NCBI GenBank assembly: GCA_015233675.1 | Contig: JADFXH010000001.1 | Coordinates: 209,138 to 273,137 of the forward strand | From: Candidatus Omnitrophota bacterium | GTDB lineage: Bacteria; Omnitrophota; Gorgyraeia; Zapsychrales; Fredricksoniimonadaceae | Length of the DNA stretch: 64,000 nt | Direction of reading: 5' to 3' | Shown here: one piece after another, positions 1 through 8,756 of the stretch | How positions within the stretch are numbered: the stretch's first letter is position 1 | Layout of the letters: each line of letters starts with the position of its first letter | Program-made: the position numbers and the translations under genes | The notes under the pieces: generated by a model | What the model was told of the DNA's origin: nothing | What the model saw: only the letters and a program-made list of their open reading frames with translations | The model's database searches: none

Positions 1-611
1 ACAGCTTCACCTTCAGCCGGTGCAGCTGCTGTCTCTTCACGCATCGAACCTGCAACAGTAATAACCACAGATTCAGGGTCATGTTTGGTACTCACTCCCT
101 TAGGCAATACCAAATCCTTGACAAAAATAGAATCATGCACGCCTAAATTCGTTACGTCCGCTTCCAAATGGTGCGGAATATTAGTCGGCAAACAGACAAC
201 ATCCAGCTCCCACATCAAATGCTCCAAGGTCCCGCCGTCACGCTTGACGCCTACCGCCTCGCCTTTGAGAATTATTTTAACTTTAATTTCAATTTCTTTA
301 TCGAGCGAAATGCGGTTAAAATCAATATGAATAACCTCATCAGTAACCGGGTGAAGCTGGACATCTTTGATGATCGCAGGGAAATCCGATATTTTTTTGC
401 CATCGTCAACCAGATTAAGATGGTAGATCAAACTCTCACCCGCGTGTTGGCGATAGATACGATCATACGCCTTACGGTCTGCCTGAATAATCGTGGGTTT
501 GGAGTTTCCCCCGTAAACGATCCCGGGGATCAAATTTGAGCGGCGAATCTGACGAGACCTTGCAGATCCCGTATTTTTTCTGATTTGAACATCAAAATTA
601 ATTTGTTCCAT
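1..611 (-). CDS. rplY: 50S ribosomal protein L25/Ctc (3' end runs off window)
   Basis: Manual translation from ATG at 611: MEQINFDVQIRKNTGSARSRQIRRSNLIPGIVYGG...KDVQLHPVTDEVIHIDF...GEAVGVKRDGG; follows prs as usual; absent from the ORF track because there is no stop in the window. Confidence 0.95.
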   Translation of the reverse strand, partial: MEQINFDVQIRKNTGSARSRQIRRSNLIPGIVYGGNSKPTIIQADRKAYDRIYRQHAGESLIYHLNLVDDGKKISDFPAIIKDVQLHPVTDEVIHIDFNRISLDKEIEIKVKIILKGEAVGVKRDGGTLEHLMWELDVVCLPTNIPHHLEADVTNLGVHDSIFVKDLVLPKGVSTKHDPESVVITVAGSMREETAAAPAEGEA

Positions 612-622
612 AATATTACCTT

Positions 623-1573
623 TCAGTTCCTGATTTCTTCAAATAAACTGCTGATAGACTCCGCGTTATGGGTACGGGCAATGGCCTCGGCCAAAAGCGG
701 AGCAATCGACAATTGTTTTATTTTAGGATTTTGCGCCTCGTCTTTTAACGGGATACTGTTAGTGATAACCACCTCTATCAATCCCTCACAATTTGCAATC
801 CTTTCCTTAGCGGGGCCTGATAACACCCCATGGCTTGCAGCCGCATAGATGCCTTTGGCTCCAAAGTTCTTAAGAGCCAGAACCGCTTCAACCAAGGAAC
901 CTGCAGTGGCAATGATATCATCCACCATGACTACGTTTTTACCTTTGACATCTCCTAAAATATGCATGACCTCAGTTTTTTCCGGTGACATGCGTCTTTT
1001 ATCAACGATGGCCAAAGCTGCTTTTAAACGTTTGGCATAGGCCCGTGCCATTTTAATACCACCCACATCAGGTGAAACGATTACCAGGTCCCCGATCTGC
1101 CGGTCTTTAAAATACTCACACAAGATATTAATAGCATACAAATGGTCCACCGGGATATCAAAAAAACCTTGTAACTGGCTGGCATGCAAATCCATCGTCA
1201 AGACACGATTGGCCCCTGCCGCTACGATCAAATTAGCTACCAACTTGGCGGTGATCGGTACCCGCGGTTGGTCTTTACGGTCCTGACGCGCATAGCCGTA
1301 ATACGGAATAACCGCCGTTATCCTGTCCGCAGAGGCACGGCGCACAGCATCGATCATGATCAAAAGTTCCATCAAATTCTCATTGACAGGCGGGCAAGTC
1401 GGCTGAACGATAAAAACGTCCTGCCCTCGGATATTTTCTTTGATATGAACGCGGATTTCGCCCTCGCTAAAACGCCCGACAAAAACTTCGGTCTGCTTTA
1501 TCCCCAGCTTCTGACAAATTTCTGAAGTCAAAGAGGGATTAGAATTTCCGCCTAAAATCGATAATTTATGCAT
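623..1573 (-). CDS. prs: Ribose-phosphate pyrophosphokinase
   Basis: FSEGEI, PYYGYARQDRK, DLHASQLQGFF, VSPDVGG, VDDIIATAGS motifs; start placed at MHKLSIL (track start 1597 lies in a palindromic repeat). Confidence 0.97.
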   Translation of the reverse strand: MHKLSILGGNSNPSLTSEICQKLGIKQTEVFVGRFSEGEIRVHIKENIRGQDVFIVQPTCPPVNENLMELLIMIDAVRRASADRITAVIPYYGYARQDRKDQPRVPITAKLVANLIVAAGANRVLTMDLHASQLQGFFDIPVDHLYAINILCEYFKDRQIGDLVIVSPDVGGIKMARAYAKRLKAALAIVDKRRMSPEKTEVMHILGDVKGKNVVMVDDIIATAGSLVEAVLALKNFGAKGIYAAASHGVLSGPAKERIANCEGLIEVVITNSIPLKDEAQNPKIKQLSIAPLLAEAIARTHNAESISSLFEEIRN

Positions 1574-1591
1574 ATTTTTCCTTAGCATCAC

Positions 1592-1637
1592 TGTCATTCT
1601 GAGGCGAAGGCCCTCAGGCCGGGGGCTCAGGATGACA
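1592..1637. repeat. REP-like palindrome TGTCATTCTGAG...CTCAGGATGACA
   Basis: 12-bp arms (11/12 match) at 1592-1603 and 1626-1637; overlaps the glmU stop codon. Confidence 0.7.
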
Positions 1638-2895
1638 AATTGCTGATTTTCTTTATAACCCTCGCCGGAATGCCGACAGCTACCATACCGGCGGGAATAT
1701 TTCTCCCCTTGGGCAAAACTGAACCCGCGCCAATCATTGCCCCGGCACCGACCTTGTTGGGCGCCACTAAAATCGCATCGGAACCTATGAATGCCTGGCG
1801 TCCGATAAAAGTTTTATTTTTATTCACCCCGTCAAAATTAGCTGTCACAACACCGGCGCCGATGTTAGCCCCCCTGCCCACCGTGGCATCCCCTAAAAAA
1901 GAAAAATGTTTTTGAAAAACCCCGCAGCCCAAAGACGAACGTGAAACTTCCGCAAAATTGCCTATTTCAACTCCGTCGCTGATACGAGTCCCCGGGCGTA
2001 TACGCGCCATGGGGCCGATACTGCAATTTTTACCGATACGCACATCCGTGTGAATGGTCGTCATCGGATGAATAATCGTATCCCTGCCAATCGATACGCC
2101 GGCTTCAATAAAAGTAGTCTGAGGATCAACAACAGTCACTCCTGACAACATATGTTTGCTTAAAAGCCTTTGCCGGATAATCGCTTGGGCACAAGCCAAA
2201 TCTTCACGGGTATTGATCCCGAAAGCAACAGTCTCATCCCGGGTTGTAAGAGTTGTAACTTTTTTACCATCAGCCAATAATAATTCAATAACATCCGTCA
2301 GATAAAATTCTTTTTTCCCGGGGTTAAGCTTGACCTTTTTTAAAATCCCGAATAAATCTTTTGAATTAAAACAATAAACACCGACGTTGATCTCTTTGAT
2401 CTTAGCTTCCTCAATAGAAGCATCTTTCTGTTCGCGTATGGCTGAAAAGCCCCCCTTTTCGTCGCGCACGATACGCCCATACCCTTGGGGGTTACCAATA
2501 TTCGCCGTCAACACACTGGCCGAAGCCTTTGAACGAAGATGCTGTTTTAATAACGCGGCCACGATATCTTTGGACAACAAGGGAGTGTCCCCGCAAAGGA
2601 CTAAAATCGTCCCCCGGTAATCTTTCAAATGCGAAAAACAACGATTAACCGCATCCGCAGTGCCAAGCAGCTTATCCTGTTGGACAAAAATAACCCCTTC
2701 ACCGACAGAATCCATTACTTTTTTATACCCGTGACCAACCACTACATACGTTGCCAAAGAGCGCAGAGCTTTTGTAACATCCAAAACGTATTCGAGAATG
2801 GCCTTGCCGCAAACTTTATGCAGCACTTTAGGAATTTCGGATTTCATCCGAGTCCCACGGCCAGCCGCCAAAATGATCGCTTTGAAATTATTCAT
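1627..2895 (-). CDS. glmU: Bifunctional UDP-GlcNAc pyrophosphorylase/glucosamine-1-P acetyltransferase
   Basis: LAAGRGTRMKS, GYGRIVR, EFYLTD, hexapeptide repeats, NIGAGVVTANFDG. Confidence 0.96.
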   Translation of the reverse strand: MNNFKAIILAAGRGTRMKSEIPKVLHKVCGKAILEYVLDVTKALRSLATYVVVGHGYKKVMDSVGEGVIFVQQDKLLGTADAVNRCFSHLKDYRGTILVLCGDTPLLSKDIVAALLKQHLRSKASASVLTANIGNPQGYGRIVRDEKGGFSAIREQKDASIEEAKIKEINVGVYCFNSKDLFGILKKVKLNPGKKEFYLTDVIELLLADGKKVTTLTTRDETVAFGINTREDLACAQAIIRQRLLSKHMLSGVTVVDPQTTFIEAGVSIGRDTIIHPMTTIHTDVRIGKNCSIGPMARIRPGTRISDGVEIGNFAEVSRSSLGCGVFQKHFSFLGDATVGRGANIGAGVVTANFDGVNKNKTFIGRQAFIGSDAILVAPNKVGAGAMIGAGSVLPKGRNIPAGMVAVGIPARVIKKISNLSS

Positions 2896-2902
2896 ATTTT
2901 AT

Positions 2903-3058
2903 ATTGCCCAGTCAGGACTCGGCGCCCCGACTTTTCTTAAGATGATTGAAGTCGGGGTCGGCCCCCCGCCCTATAAAGTCCTCCTATTCGTCGGACTTTA
3001 TAAACAGGGCTCCATTCTCGTCCTTCCCTGCATCTTAAAATTGCCCAGTCAGGACTCG
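2903..3058. repeat. 19-bp direct repeat of the tRNA-Gln 3' end enclosing two hairpins
   Basis: ATTGCCCAGTCAGGACTCG at 2903-2921 and 3040-3058; internal hairpins CCCCGACTT/AAGTCGGGG and TATAAAGTCC/GGACTTTATA. Confidence 0.85.
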
Positions 3059-3111
3059 AACCTGAACAACGAGATCCAAATTCTCGGGTGCTACCATTAC
3101 ACCACCGGGCA
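3041..3111 (-). tRNA. tRNA-Gln (TTG), CCA not encoded
   Basis: TGCCCGGTGGTGTAATGGTAGCACCCGAGAATTTGGATCTCGTTGTTCAGGTTCGAGTCCTGACTGGGCAA folds as a cloverleaf; anticodon loop ATTTGGA; ispE-tRNA-Gln-prs neighbourhood is typical. Confidence 0.96.
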
Positions 3112-3117
3112 GAGAAA

Positions 3118-3975
3118 CTATAGTGTACTAACCACAAACGCTTGAGTATAACGCCTGTCGAATTTCGCCCGGAGGCTTAAAGCGTGTTTTTGTGACTCGG
3201 CCAAAGCAAAAATCGAAGGACCACTGCCGGAGAAACAGACCCCTGCAGCTCCAGCGTCGAGCAATTTTCTCTTTAAATAAACAAAATCAGGCCTTAACGA
3301 CAAAATAGCAGGCTCCAGGTCATTAGACAAAGATCCTGCCAGTCGCACCAAATCCCCTTTTCTTAAAAAGGGAAGCAGAATATTAACATTATCCTTTTTA
3401 TTTGTCAAATTTAATTTAAGACGGGTAAAAACATCTGCCGTGTACATTTTAACCCGAGGAGTCACAAGCAGATGCCATAATTTAGTCTTGATATCCAATT
3501 GTCTTATAAGCTCTCCCCTTCCCGTACCCAACGCATAAGAAGTGTCATATAAAAAAAAGGTCACATCACTCCCTATGCGGGAGGCATAGCCAGCTAATTC
3601 TTGAGTCCCCAAACCCAATTGCCACAAACGGTTTAAACCTGATAAAACAGCAGCCGCATTGCTGGAACCCCCGGCAAGCCCCGCTGCTACAGGTATATTT
3701 TTTATAATATTTATATCTAACCCTTCTGAAATAGAAAAATCTTGACGCAAGAGAGCTGCAGCCTTAAAAACTAAATTCTTTGAAGACAACGGCACATGCG
3801 GATGGGCACAACGGATGCTTATTTTGTCACTTTTATTGCGCGTCAAAGTAATCGTGTCAGCCAGGCTGATCCGCTCAAATACGGTCCTAAGTTCATGAAA
3901 ACCGTCAGGACGCTTGCCCAAAACATCGAGAACCAGGTTTAATTTAGCCGGTGATTGAAGTGTGAGGCGATCCAT
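3118..3975 (-). CDS. ispE: 4-diphosphocytidyl-2C-methyl-D-erythritol kinase
   Basis: SPAKLNLVLDVLGKRPDGFHEL, KNIPVAAGLAGGSSNAA, FSGSGPS. Confidence 0.97.
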   Translation of the reverse strand: MDRLTLQSPAKLNLVLDVLGKRPDGFHELRTVFERISLADTITLTRNKSDKISIRCAHPHVPLSSKNLVFKAAALLRQDFSISEGLDINIIKNIPVAAGLAGGSSNAAAVLSGLNRLWQLGLGTQELAGYASRIGSDVTFFLYDTSYALGTGRGELIRQLDIKTKLWHLLVTPRVKMYTADVFTRLKLNLTNKKDNVNILLPFLRKGDLVRLAGSLSNDLEPAILSLRPDFVYLKRKLLDAGAAGVCFSGSGPSIFALAESQKHALSLRAKFDRRYTQAFVVSTL

Positions 3976-4949
3976 TTTTTCAATTCTCTAATTTTCTGTT
4001 GTATTAAAGTTTGGCGAGGATTTAAATCCAAAGATTTTTGCCAATATTGACAAGCTCCTCTGTAATCCTTTAAAGCTTTATAATCATCCCCTATGTGGTC
4101 ATAAAGGATCTCGTCTTTAATATACGTCTCTGCTTTCTGCAAAGCCGCCAACGCTTGCGCGTACATCCCTTTCTTATAAAGCGCCCATCCCAGACTGTCA
4201 TAAAAAGCCCCATTAGCAGGGTCAATTTCTATGGCTTTACTAATCATCCTGATAGCTTCATCCAAATGAACACCATCCTCCGCGTACATATACCCCAGCG
4301 AATTAAGCGCCTCGGTATGCTCCGGTTCAATTCGCAATACTTTGCGAAACGCCTCGATGGCTTTTGCGTGGTCATTGCTATCTGCCCAAACAGATCCCAA
4401 TAAAAAAAGAGCGGATGCATTGCCAGGATTAAACTCGGTTACCTTCAAGAATTGCTCAATGGCCTGCGGATATTTTTGCTGGGCATAATATAATTGGCCC
4501 AAATACAGATAAACATCTGTGTTACCCTGATCATTCCTGGAGGCGAGTTTAAGAATAATTTCATATTCCGATGCTGCTAAATCGTATTTATGTTCTGAAG
4601 AATAAATAAGCGCCAATAAATAATGAGCTTGCGGCTCTTGAGGAGAAATGCGTGCCACCGTTTTAAACTGGACAGTGGCCTGACTTATTTTGGTCAGACG
4701 TAAATAATAAGCCCCCAGTTTTAATCTTGGAGCAGGTTCCCAACCGTTAAATTTTATGGATTTTTGATATTCACTGATCGCTTGGGAGTTTTCACCATTC
4801 AAATCATGACAAACAGCCAAGATATAATGCGCCAGGCCTTGTGCTTTTGAATCCAGCATTGAGCCCCAAGCATACGAAGGGCTTGTGACCGCCAACAGCG
4901 ACAAGAATAGCACCATCCTCAGCGCATAAAGGCGTTGCCCCAAAAGCAT
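3939..4949 (-). CDS. Exported tetratricopeptide repeat protein
   Basis: Signal peptide, multiple TPRs, ALNSLGYMYAE...YDSLGWALYK motif of the TPR protein usually upstream of ispE. Confidence 0.88.
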   Translation of the reverse strand: MLLGQRLYALRMVLFLSLLAVTSPSYAWGSMLDSKAQGLAHYILAVCHDLNGENSQAISEYQKSIKFNGWEPAPRLKLGAYYLRLTKISQATVQFKTVARISPQEPQAHYLLALIYSSEHKYDLAASEYEIILKLASRNDQGNTDVYLYLGQLYYAQQKYPQAIEQFLKVTEFNPGNASALFLLGSVWADSNDHAKAIEAFRKVLRIEPEHTEALNSLGYMYAEDGVHLDEAIRMISKAIEIDPANGAFYDSLGWALYKKGMYAQALAALQKAETYIKDEILYDHIGDDYKALKDYRGACQYWQKSLDLNPRQTLIQQKIRELKKWIASHFNHRLN

Positions 4950-4964
4950 ACCCCGCCTCCAAAA

Positions 4965-5066
4965 TTAACGAGTGGCTCTCTTTTTGAGATGGCGTAAGGC
5001 TTTGCGTAATTTTTTACGCTTGTGGGTCCGGATCTTAATTAATTTTCTTTTTCTACCGCAGGGCAT
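4965..5066 (-). CDS. AURKAIP1/COX24-domain small basic protein (bS22/mS38-like ribosomal protein)
   Basis: MPCGRKRKLIKIRTHKRKKLRKALRHLKKRATR (33 aa), GGAAGG upstream; below the ORF-track cutoff. Confidence 0.85.
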   Translation of the reverse strand: MPCGRKRKLIKIRTHKRKKLRKALRHLKKRATR

Positions 5067-5092
5067 AATGTGTACCTTCCTTGAATTACTGC

Positions 5093-5118
5093 TGTCATTC
5101 CCTTGACAAACGGGAATC
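5093..5118. repeat. Short palindrome TGTCATTCCC-N9-GGGAATC (dRS3/RPE-like)
   Basis: ATTCCC TTGACAAAC GGGAAT with the same TGTCATTC head as the 1592 and 9309 elements. Confidence 0.6.
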
Positions 5119-5119
5119 T

Positions 5120-5995
5120 TTAATAAATCAGCTTATTAAGTGAATATTCAATAATCCCTTCGGCTCCCGCTTCTTTGAGGGCCGGAATAATTTTTCGCAC
5201 AGTACCTTCATCAATAACTGTTTCCAAAGCCACCCACTGATCACTGACCAACGGTGAAATAGTTGGGTTACGCAACGCTGTGACCGTCTTTAGGATCTTA
5301 TCCAGATCCTTACGCTGCACATTCATTTTTAGCCCTACCATGTTTTTCGCCTGCAAGGCCCCTTGTAACAACATGACAATCTGGTCCATTTTCAACTTTT
5401 TCCATGGATCTTGAAGGGCTTTTTTATTGGCAATAAATTGTGTCGTCGATTCACACAAAGTATCGACGATACGCAATTTATTGGCACGAAGTGAAGAGCC
5501 TGTCTCAGTCAGTTCAACAATGGCATCAACAAGACCCGTGGCGACCTTGGCTTCGGTAGCTCCCCAGGAAAATTCCACATCAGCTTTAACATTGTGCTTG
5601 GCTAAATATTTTTTGGTAACATTAACAACTTCCGTGGCAATTTTCTTTCCCTGCAGATCTTCAACTGACTTAATAGAGGAAGCTTCAGGCACCGCTAAAA
5701 CCCAACGGACCTTATTGCTGGTTTGTTTGGCATACAAAAGCTCTGCCAAAGAGGCAACCTGGGAAGAATTTTCTTCGATCCAGTCAGCACCGGTGATGCC
5801 GCAATCCAAAGTCTCATCTTCGACATAACGGGACATCTCCTGGGCGCGCAAAAGCACCGGAGAAATTTCATCATCATCTATTTGAGGGAAATAGGAACGT
5901 GTCGAGACCATCACCTTAAAACCCGCCTTCTCAAACAAGGCGACTGTGGCGTCCTGCAAACTGCCTTTGGGCAATCCTAATTTTAATTTTTTCAT
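5120..5995 (-). CDS. hisG: ATP phosphoribosyltransferase (long form)
   Basis: [45 protein letters not shown]-terminal regulatory domain. Confidence 0.97.
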   Translation of the reverse strand: MKKLKLGLPKGSLQDATVALFEKAGFKVMVSTRSYFPQIDDDEISPVLLRAQEMSRYVEDETLDCGITGADWIEENSSQVASLAELLYAKQTSNKVRWVLAVPEASSIKSVEDLQGKKIATEVVNVTKKYLAKHNVKADVEFSWGATEAKVATGLVDAIVELTETGSSLRANKLRIVDTLCESTTQFIANKKALQDPWKKLKMDQIVMLLQGALQAKNMVGLKMNVQRKDLDKILKTVTALRNPTISPLVSDQWVALETVIDEGTVRKIIPALKEAGAEGIIEYSLNKLIY

Positions 5996-6003
5996 AGGCG
6001 CCA

Positions 6004-6070
6004 ATTATAGCCTTCGATCTATGATATGTAAAGTTATTTTATTGTCAAAACTCTTTAGCTCCGCTATAAT
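6004..6070. promoter_or_regulatory. Divergent sigma70-type promoters for hisG and the SurA/PpiD gene
   Basis: Plus: TTGTCA(6042)-17-TATAAT(6065). Minus: TTTACA(6032)-17-TATAAT(6009). Confidence 0.6.
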
Positions 6071-6108
6071 GGCACGATTTTTTCAACCATTAACCTTATG
6101 AGGTGATT

Positions 6109-7530
6109 ATGCTTGAAGTGATGCGTAAAAAAGGTGTAAATAAAACCATTCTTTGGATCATCGCCGTTGTCGTTATTCTATCTTTCGGTGTTTTTGGTAC
6201 AGCTTACCGTATGGATAACAGCTTTAACAGCGCCGGCACCATGTATGGACATAATGTCAGTATCAAAGATTTCCAGCAGGCCTATGATGACGCCCGCGAC
6301 CAGGCCATCAGGGTTTATGGCGATGAATTTTTTAAGAATGGCAACAAGATTGACTTGGAACAAGAAACATGGGACCGCATGGTCCTTCTTAAAGAAGCTC
6401 AAAAACGAAACATCCATGCCAGCGATCAAGAAGTCGTGGCCTACATTGCCACGTTTCCTTTTTTTCAAAGAGACGGACAATTTGATCAAATGCGTTATGA
6501 AGAAATCGTACAAAATTCCCGCGTTTTTAACCGTTCAACTCATGACTTTGAAGAAGGCGTCCGCAAACAGTTAATCATAAAAAAACTAATAGACAACGTA
6601 GCTCCTGATACGATATTAAGCGATGCCGAATTAAAAAAAATATATCAAAAGCGCAATGAAAAGCTTACCCTGCAATACGTATTATTCAACGCCTCTGATT
6701 ATGCCAAGAACGCCACAGCCAGTGAAGACGAAATTAATAAATTCTATGAGCAGCGCAAGGAACAATTCCGCCTGCCGCCAACCATTGTCCTTAATTATGT
6801 TCAGGCCAAAGACAAAGCTCTCGCTGACACTCTTTCCAAAATGCTCAAGCCCGGCTCTGATTTCGCTTCCGTCGCCAATCAATTAAAACTCGAAGTCAAA
6901 ACCTCAGTACCGTTCACCCAGGACCAACCGATCTTGACTTTTGCGTCCAATCCCGACAACATTCAGAAATTCTTTGCAATGAAGCCAGGCGAATATTCCC
7001 CTGCTTTGGAAGCTCCGGACGGCTGGCAGATCGTGCAGCTTAAAGAAAAAAATAGTTCTGCCATTCCGACTTTGCAAGATAGTAAAGACAGGGTCAAGGA
7101 AGCTCTTCTTTTAGAAAAAGGATTTGCCTTGGCCAAGCCGCAAGCAGATAAATCACTCAAAGAATTGAGTAATGCTTTAAAAAGCAAAGATTTCAAGACA
7201 GCAGCAACGGAGATAGGGCTGAAGGTCGAAGAAACGCCGGCTTTTGGCCGGAAGGAATATATTGCCAACACCGGATTAATACAAGAGTTCCAACAAGAAA
7301 CTGATATGCTTAACACCGATAAAAGATTAAGCGAGGTCATATCCACTTCTCAAGGCCCGGCTATCATTTATCTGAAAAAAATGGAAAAACCTGAAGACGG
7401 CCAGTTTGAATCGGATAAAAGCAATTTCAGACAAATGCTAAGCGCGGAAAAACGCAACCAAATCCTCATTGCCTTCATGAGCCAGTTGCGCGCAAAAGCG
7501 GACGTCCAAAGCAAGATCAAGCATCAATAA
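6109..7530 (+). CDS. SurA/PpiD-family periplasmic chaperone (parvulin-like)
   Basis: N-terminal TM, SurA_N-like region FQRDGQFD, parvulin-like MKPGEYSPALEAPDGWQIV, C-terminal LRAKADV; GAGGTG before ATG 6109. Confidence 0.88.
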   Translation: MLEVMRKKGVNKTILWIIAVVVILSFGVFGTAYRMDNSFNSAGTMYGHNVSIKDFQQAYDDARDQAIRVYGDEFFKNGNKIDLEQETWDRMVLLKEAQKRNIHASDQEVVAYIATFPFFQRDGQFDQMRYEEIVQNSRVFNRSTHDFEEGVRKQLIIKKLIDNVAPDTILSDAELKKIYQKRNEKLTLQYVLFNASDYAKNATASEDEINKFYEQRKEQFRLPPTIVLNYVQAKDKALADTLSKMLKPGSDFASVANQLKLEVKTSVPFTQDQPILTFASNPDNIQKFFAMKPGEYSPALEAPDGWQIVQLKEKNSSAIPTLQDSKDRVKEALLLEKGFALAKPQADKSLKELSNALKSKDFKTAATEIGLKVEETPAFGRKEYIANTGLIQEFQQETDMLNTDKRLSEVISTSQGPAIIYLKKMEKPEDGQFESDKSNFRQMLSAEKRNQILIAFMSQLRAKADVQSKIKHQ

Positions 7531-7599
7531 CATGGCAAAAAATTCTAGCCATATTTTAATGCCTCTTAAAAGAAACAGGGCATTGCGAGGCTGATGGTT

Positions 7600-8106
7600 T
7601 TAACTAAAAAAGTCTTCATAATGTGAAGGAAAATCATGGGTAACGCTGCGAATAACGCCTTTTTTATCTATAAAAATTAAAGTCGGCACTCCTATGAGAT
7701 GATATGGTTCCTGCAGTGCGCTATCTTCGTCAACGAAACTAACCAATTTCATTTGGCGGCGCAAAAAATAATTCTTAACGTCTTCTTTCGTTTCTGCGAT
7801 GTCCACCAGGATAATCTTGATGCCCTTTTTCTCGATGGAGTCAAAGCTGTCATTAATGCCGCTTAAATCTTCGTAACAATGAGGGCACCAGGTCGCCCAG
7901 AAGACCAAAATTGCTTTTTGTCCCTGACGCGATCCAATGACACTTGCAGATGTCCCGTCCGTCTTAGTCAAAACAATATCCGGCGCGGCCTTACCTATTA
8001 AAAGACTTTTAGTCGCATGCTCAGACAAATTACCCATTGCTAAGGCTGATGGCGAAGACAATATAAATAAAGTTAAAAAAACTAACCAACTGAAGAATTT
8101 ATCCAT
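7600..8106 (-). CDS. TlpA/ResA-family thiol-disulfide oxidoreductase
   Basis: FWATWCPHC, GVPTLIFIDKKG, signal peptide. Confidence 0.92.
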   Translation of the reverse strand: MDKFFSWLVFLTLFILSSPSALAMGNLSEHATKSLLIGKAAPDIVLTKTDGTSASVIGSRQGQKAILVFWATWCPHCYEDLSGINDSFDSIEKKGIKIILVDIAETKEDVKNYFLRRQMKLVSFVDEDSALQEPYHLIGVPTLIFIDKKGVIRSVTHDFPSHYEDFFS

Positions 8107-8402
8107 TTTAGATAATCCTCGCTGCCATTGGCAATAGGCAGGGCGATGATTTCCGGAGTTTGATAACTGTGTAAGGATTTGACCTGGGCCATGATTCTTT
8201 TAAATAAACTCTTTTTGGTCTTTAAAACAAGCAAAACCTCTTTGGACGAATCAATTTTGCCCTGCCACCAAAATAACGACTGTACATCATCTATAATATT
8301 GGCACAGACGATCAATTTGGCTTCTAATAATCCACGGGCAATTCTGTTTGCCTCTTTCTTATCTTTTGCGGTGACCAGGATGATTATGTAATTGATGTTC
8401 AT
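8082..8402 (-). CDS. cutA: Divalent-cation tolerance protein CutA
   Basis: LIVCANI, SLFWWQGKI, HSYQTPEIIALPI. Confidence 0.96.
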   Translation of the reverse strand: MNINYIIILVTAKDKKEANRIARGLLEAKLIVCANIIDDVQSLFWWQGKIDSSKEVLLVLKTKKSLFKRIMAQVKSLHSYQTPEIIALPIANGSEDYLKWINSSVG

Positions 8403-8463
8403 AATTTTAAACTCCCCTATCCCCTCTTTGGTTCTGTCAAAAGTTAATAATCTTGTACTCTCC

Positions 8464-8604
8464 GCGGGGCCTGTCTTGGAATTGATGTTCAGCTGCTCCT
8501 GATTCGAGTTCGTTGGAGGAAGCCTTATAAACGGTGGTTTCCCTGATTTGTCATAACATCAGTCACCGTGCGCTGCTGAACATCAATTCCAAGCCACCCG
8601 CCGC
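8464..8604. other. Structured intergenic element (candidate ncRNA or MITE)
   Basis: Perfect 19-bp inverted repeat CTTGGAATTGATGTTCAGC (8475-8493/8575-8593) enclosing two inner hairpins; function unknown. Confidence 0.5.
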
Positions 8605-8756
8605 AAGCCTGCTATCTCTAAATAGTTATAAAATTCCATACGAAGGCTGATACTGATATAAAGATTTTAGCCAAAACAATATGTCGGTGTCGGCCGTCCA
8701 TTGCATTCTTCATATAACTTTTGATATTGCCCCTCTTTATAAAAAAGAAAGGATAA

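Noticed and set aside
2798-3145. ORFs 2798-3145 (+) and 2937-3137 (-)
   Set aside because: They overlap tRNA-Gln and its repeat element; spurious.
8464-8604. Retron msr-msd or 6S RNA call
   Set aside because: The long closing inverted repeat is retron-like, but there is no reverse transcriptase nearby; the topology lacks the two-stranded central bubble of 6S RNA. Left unassigned.
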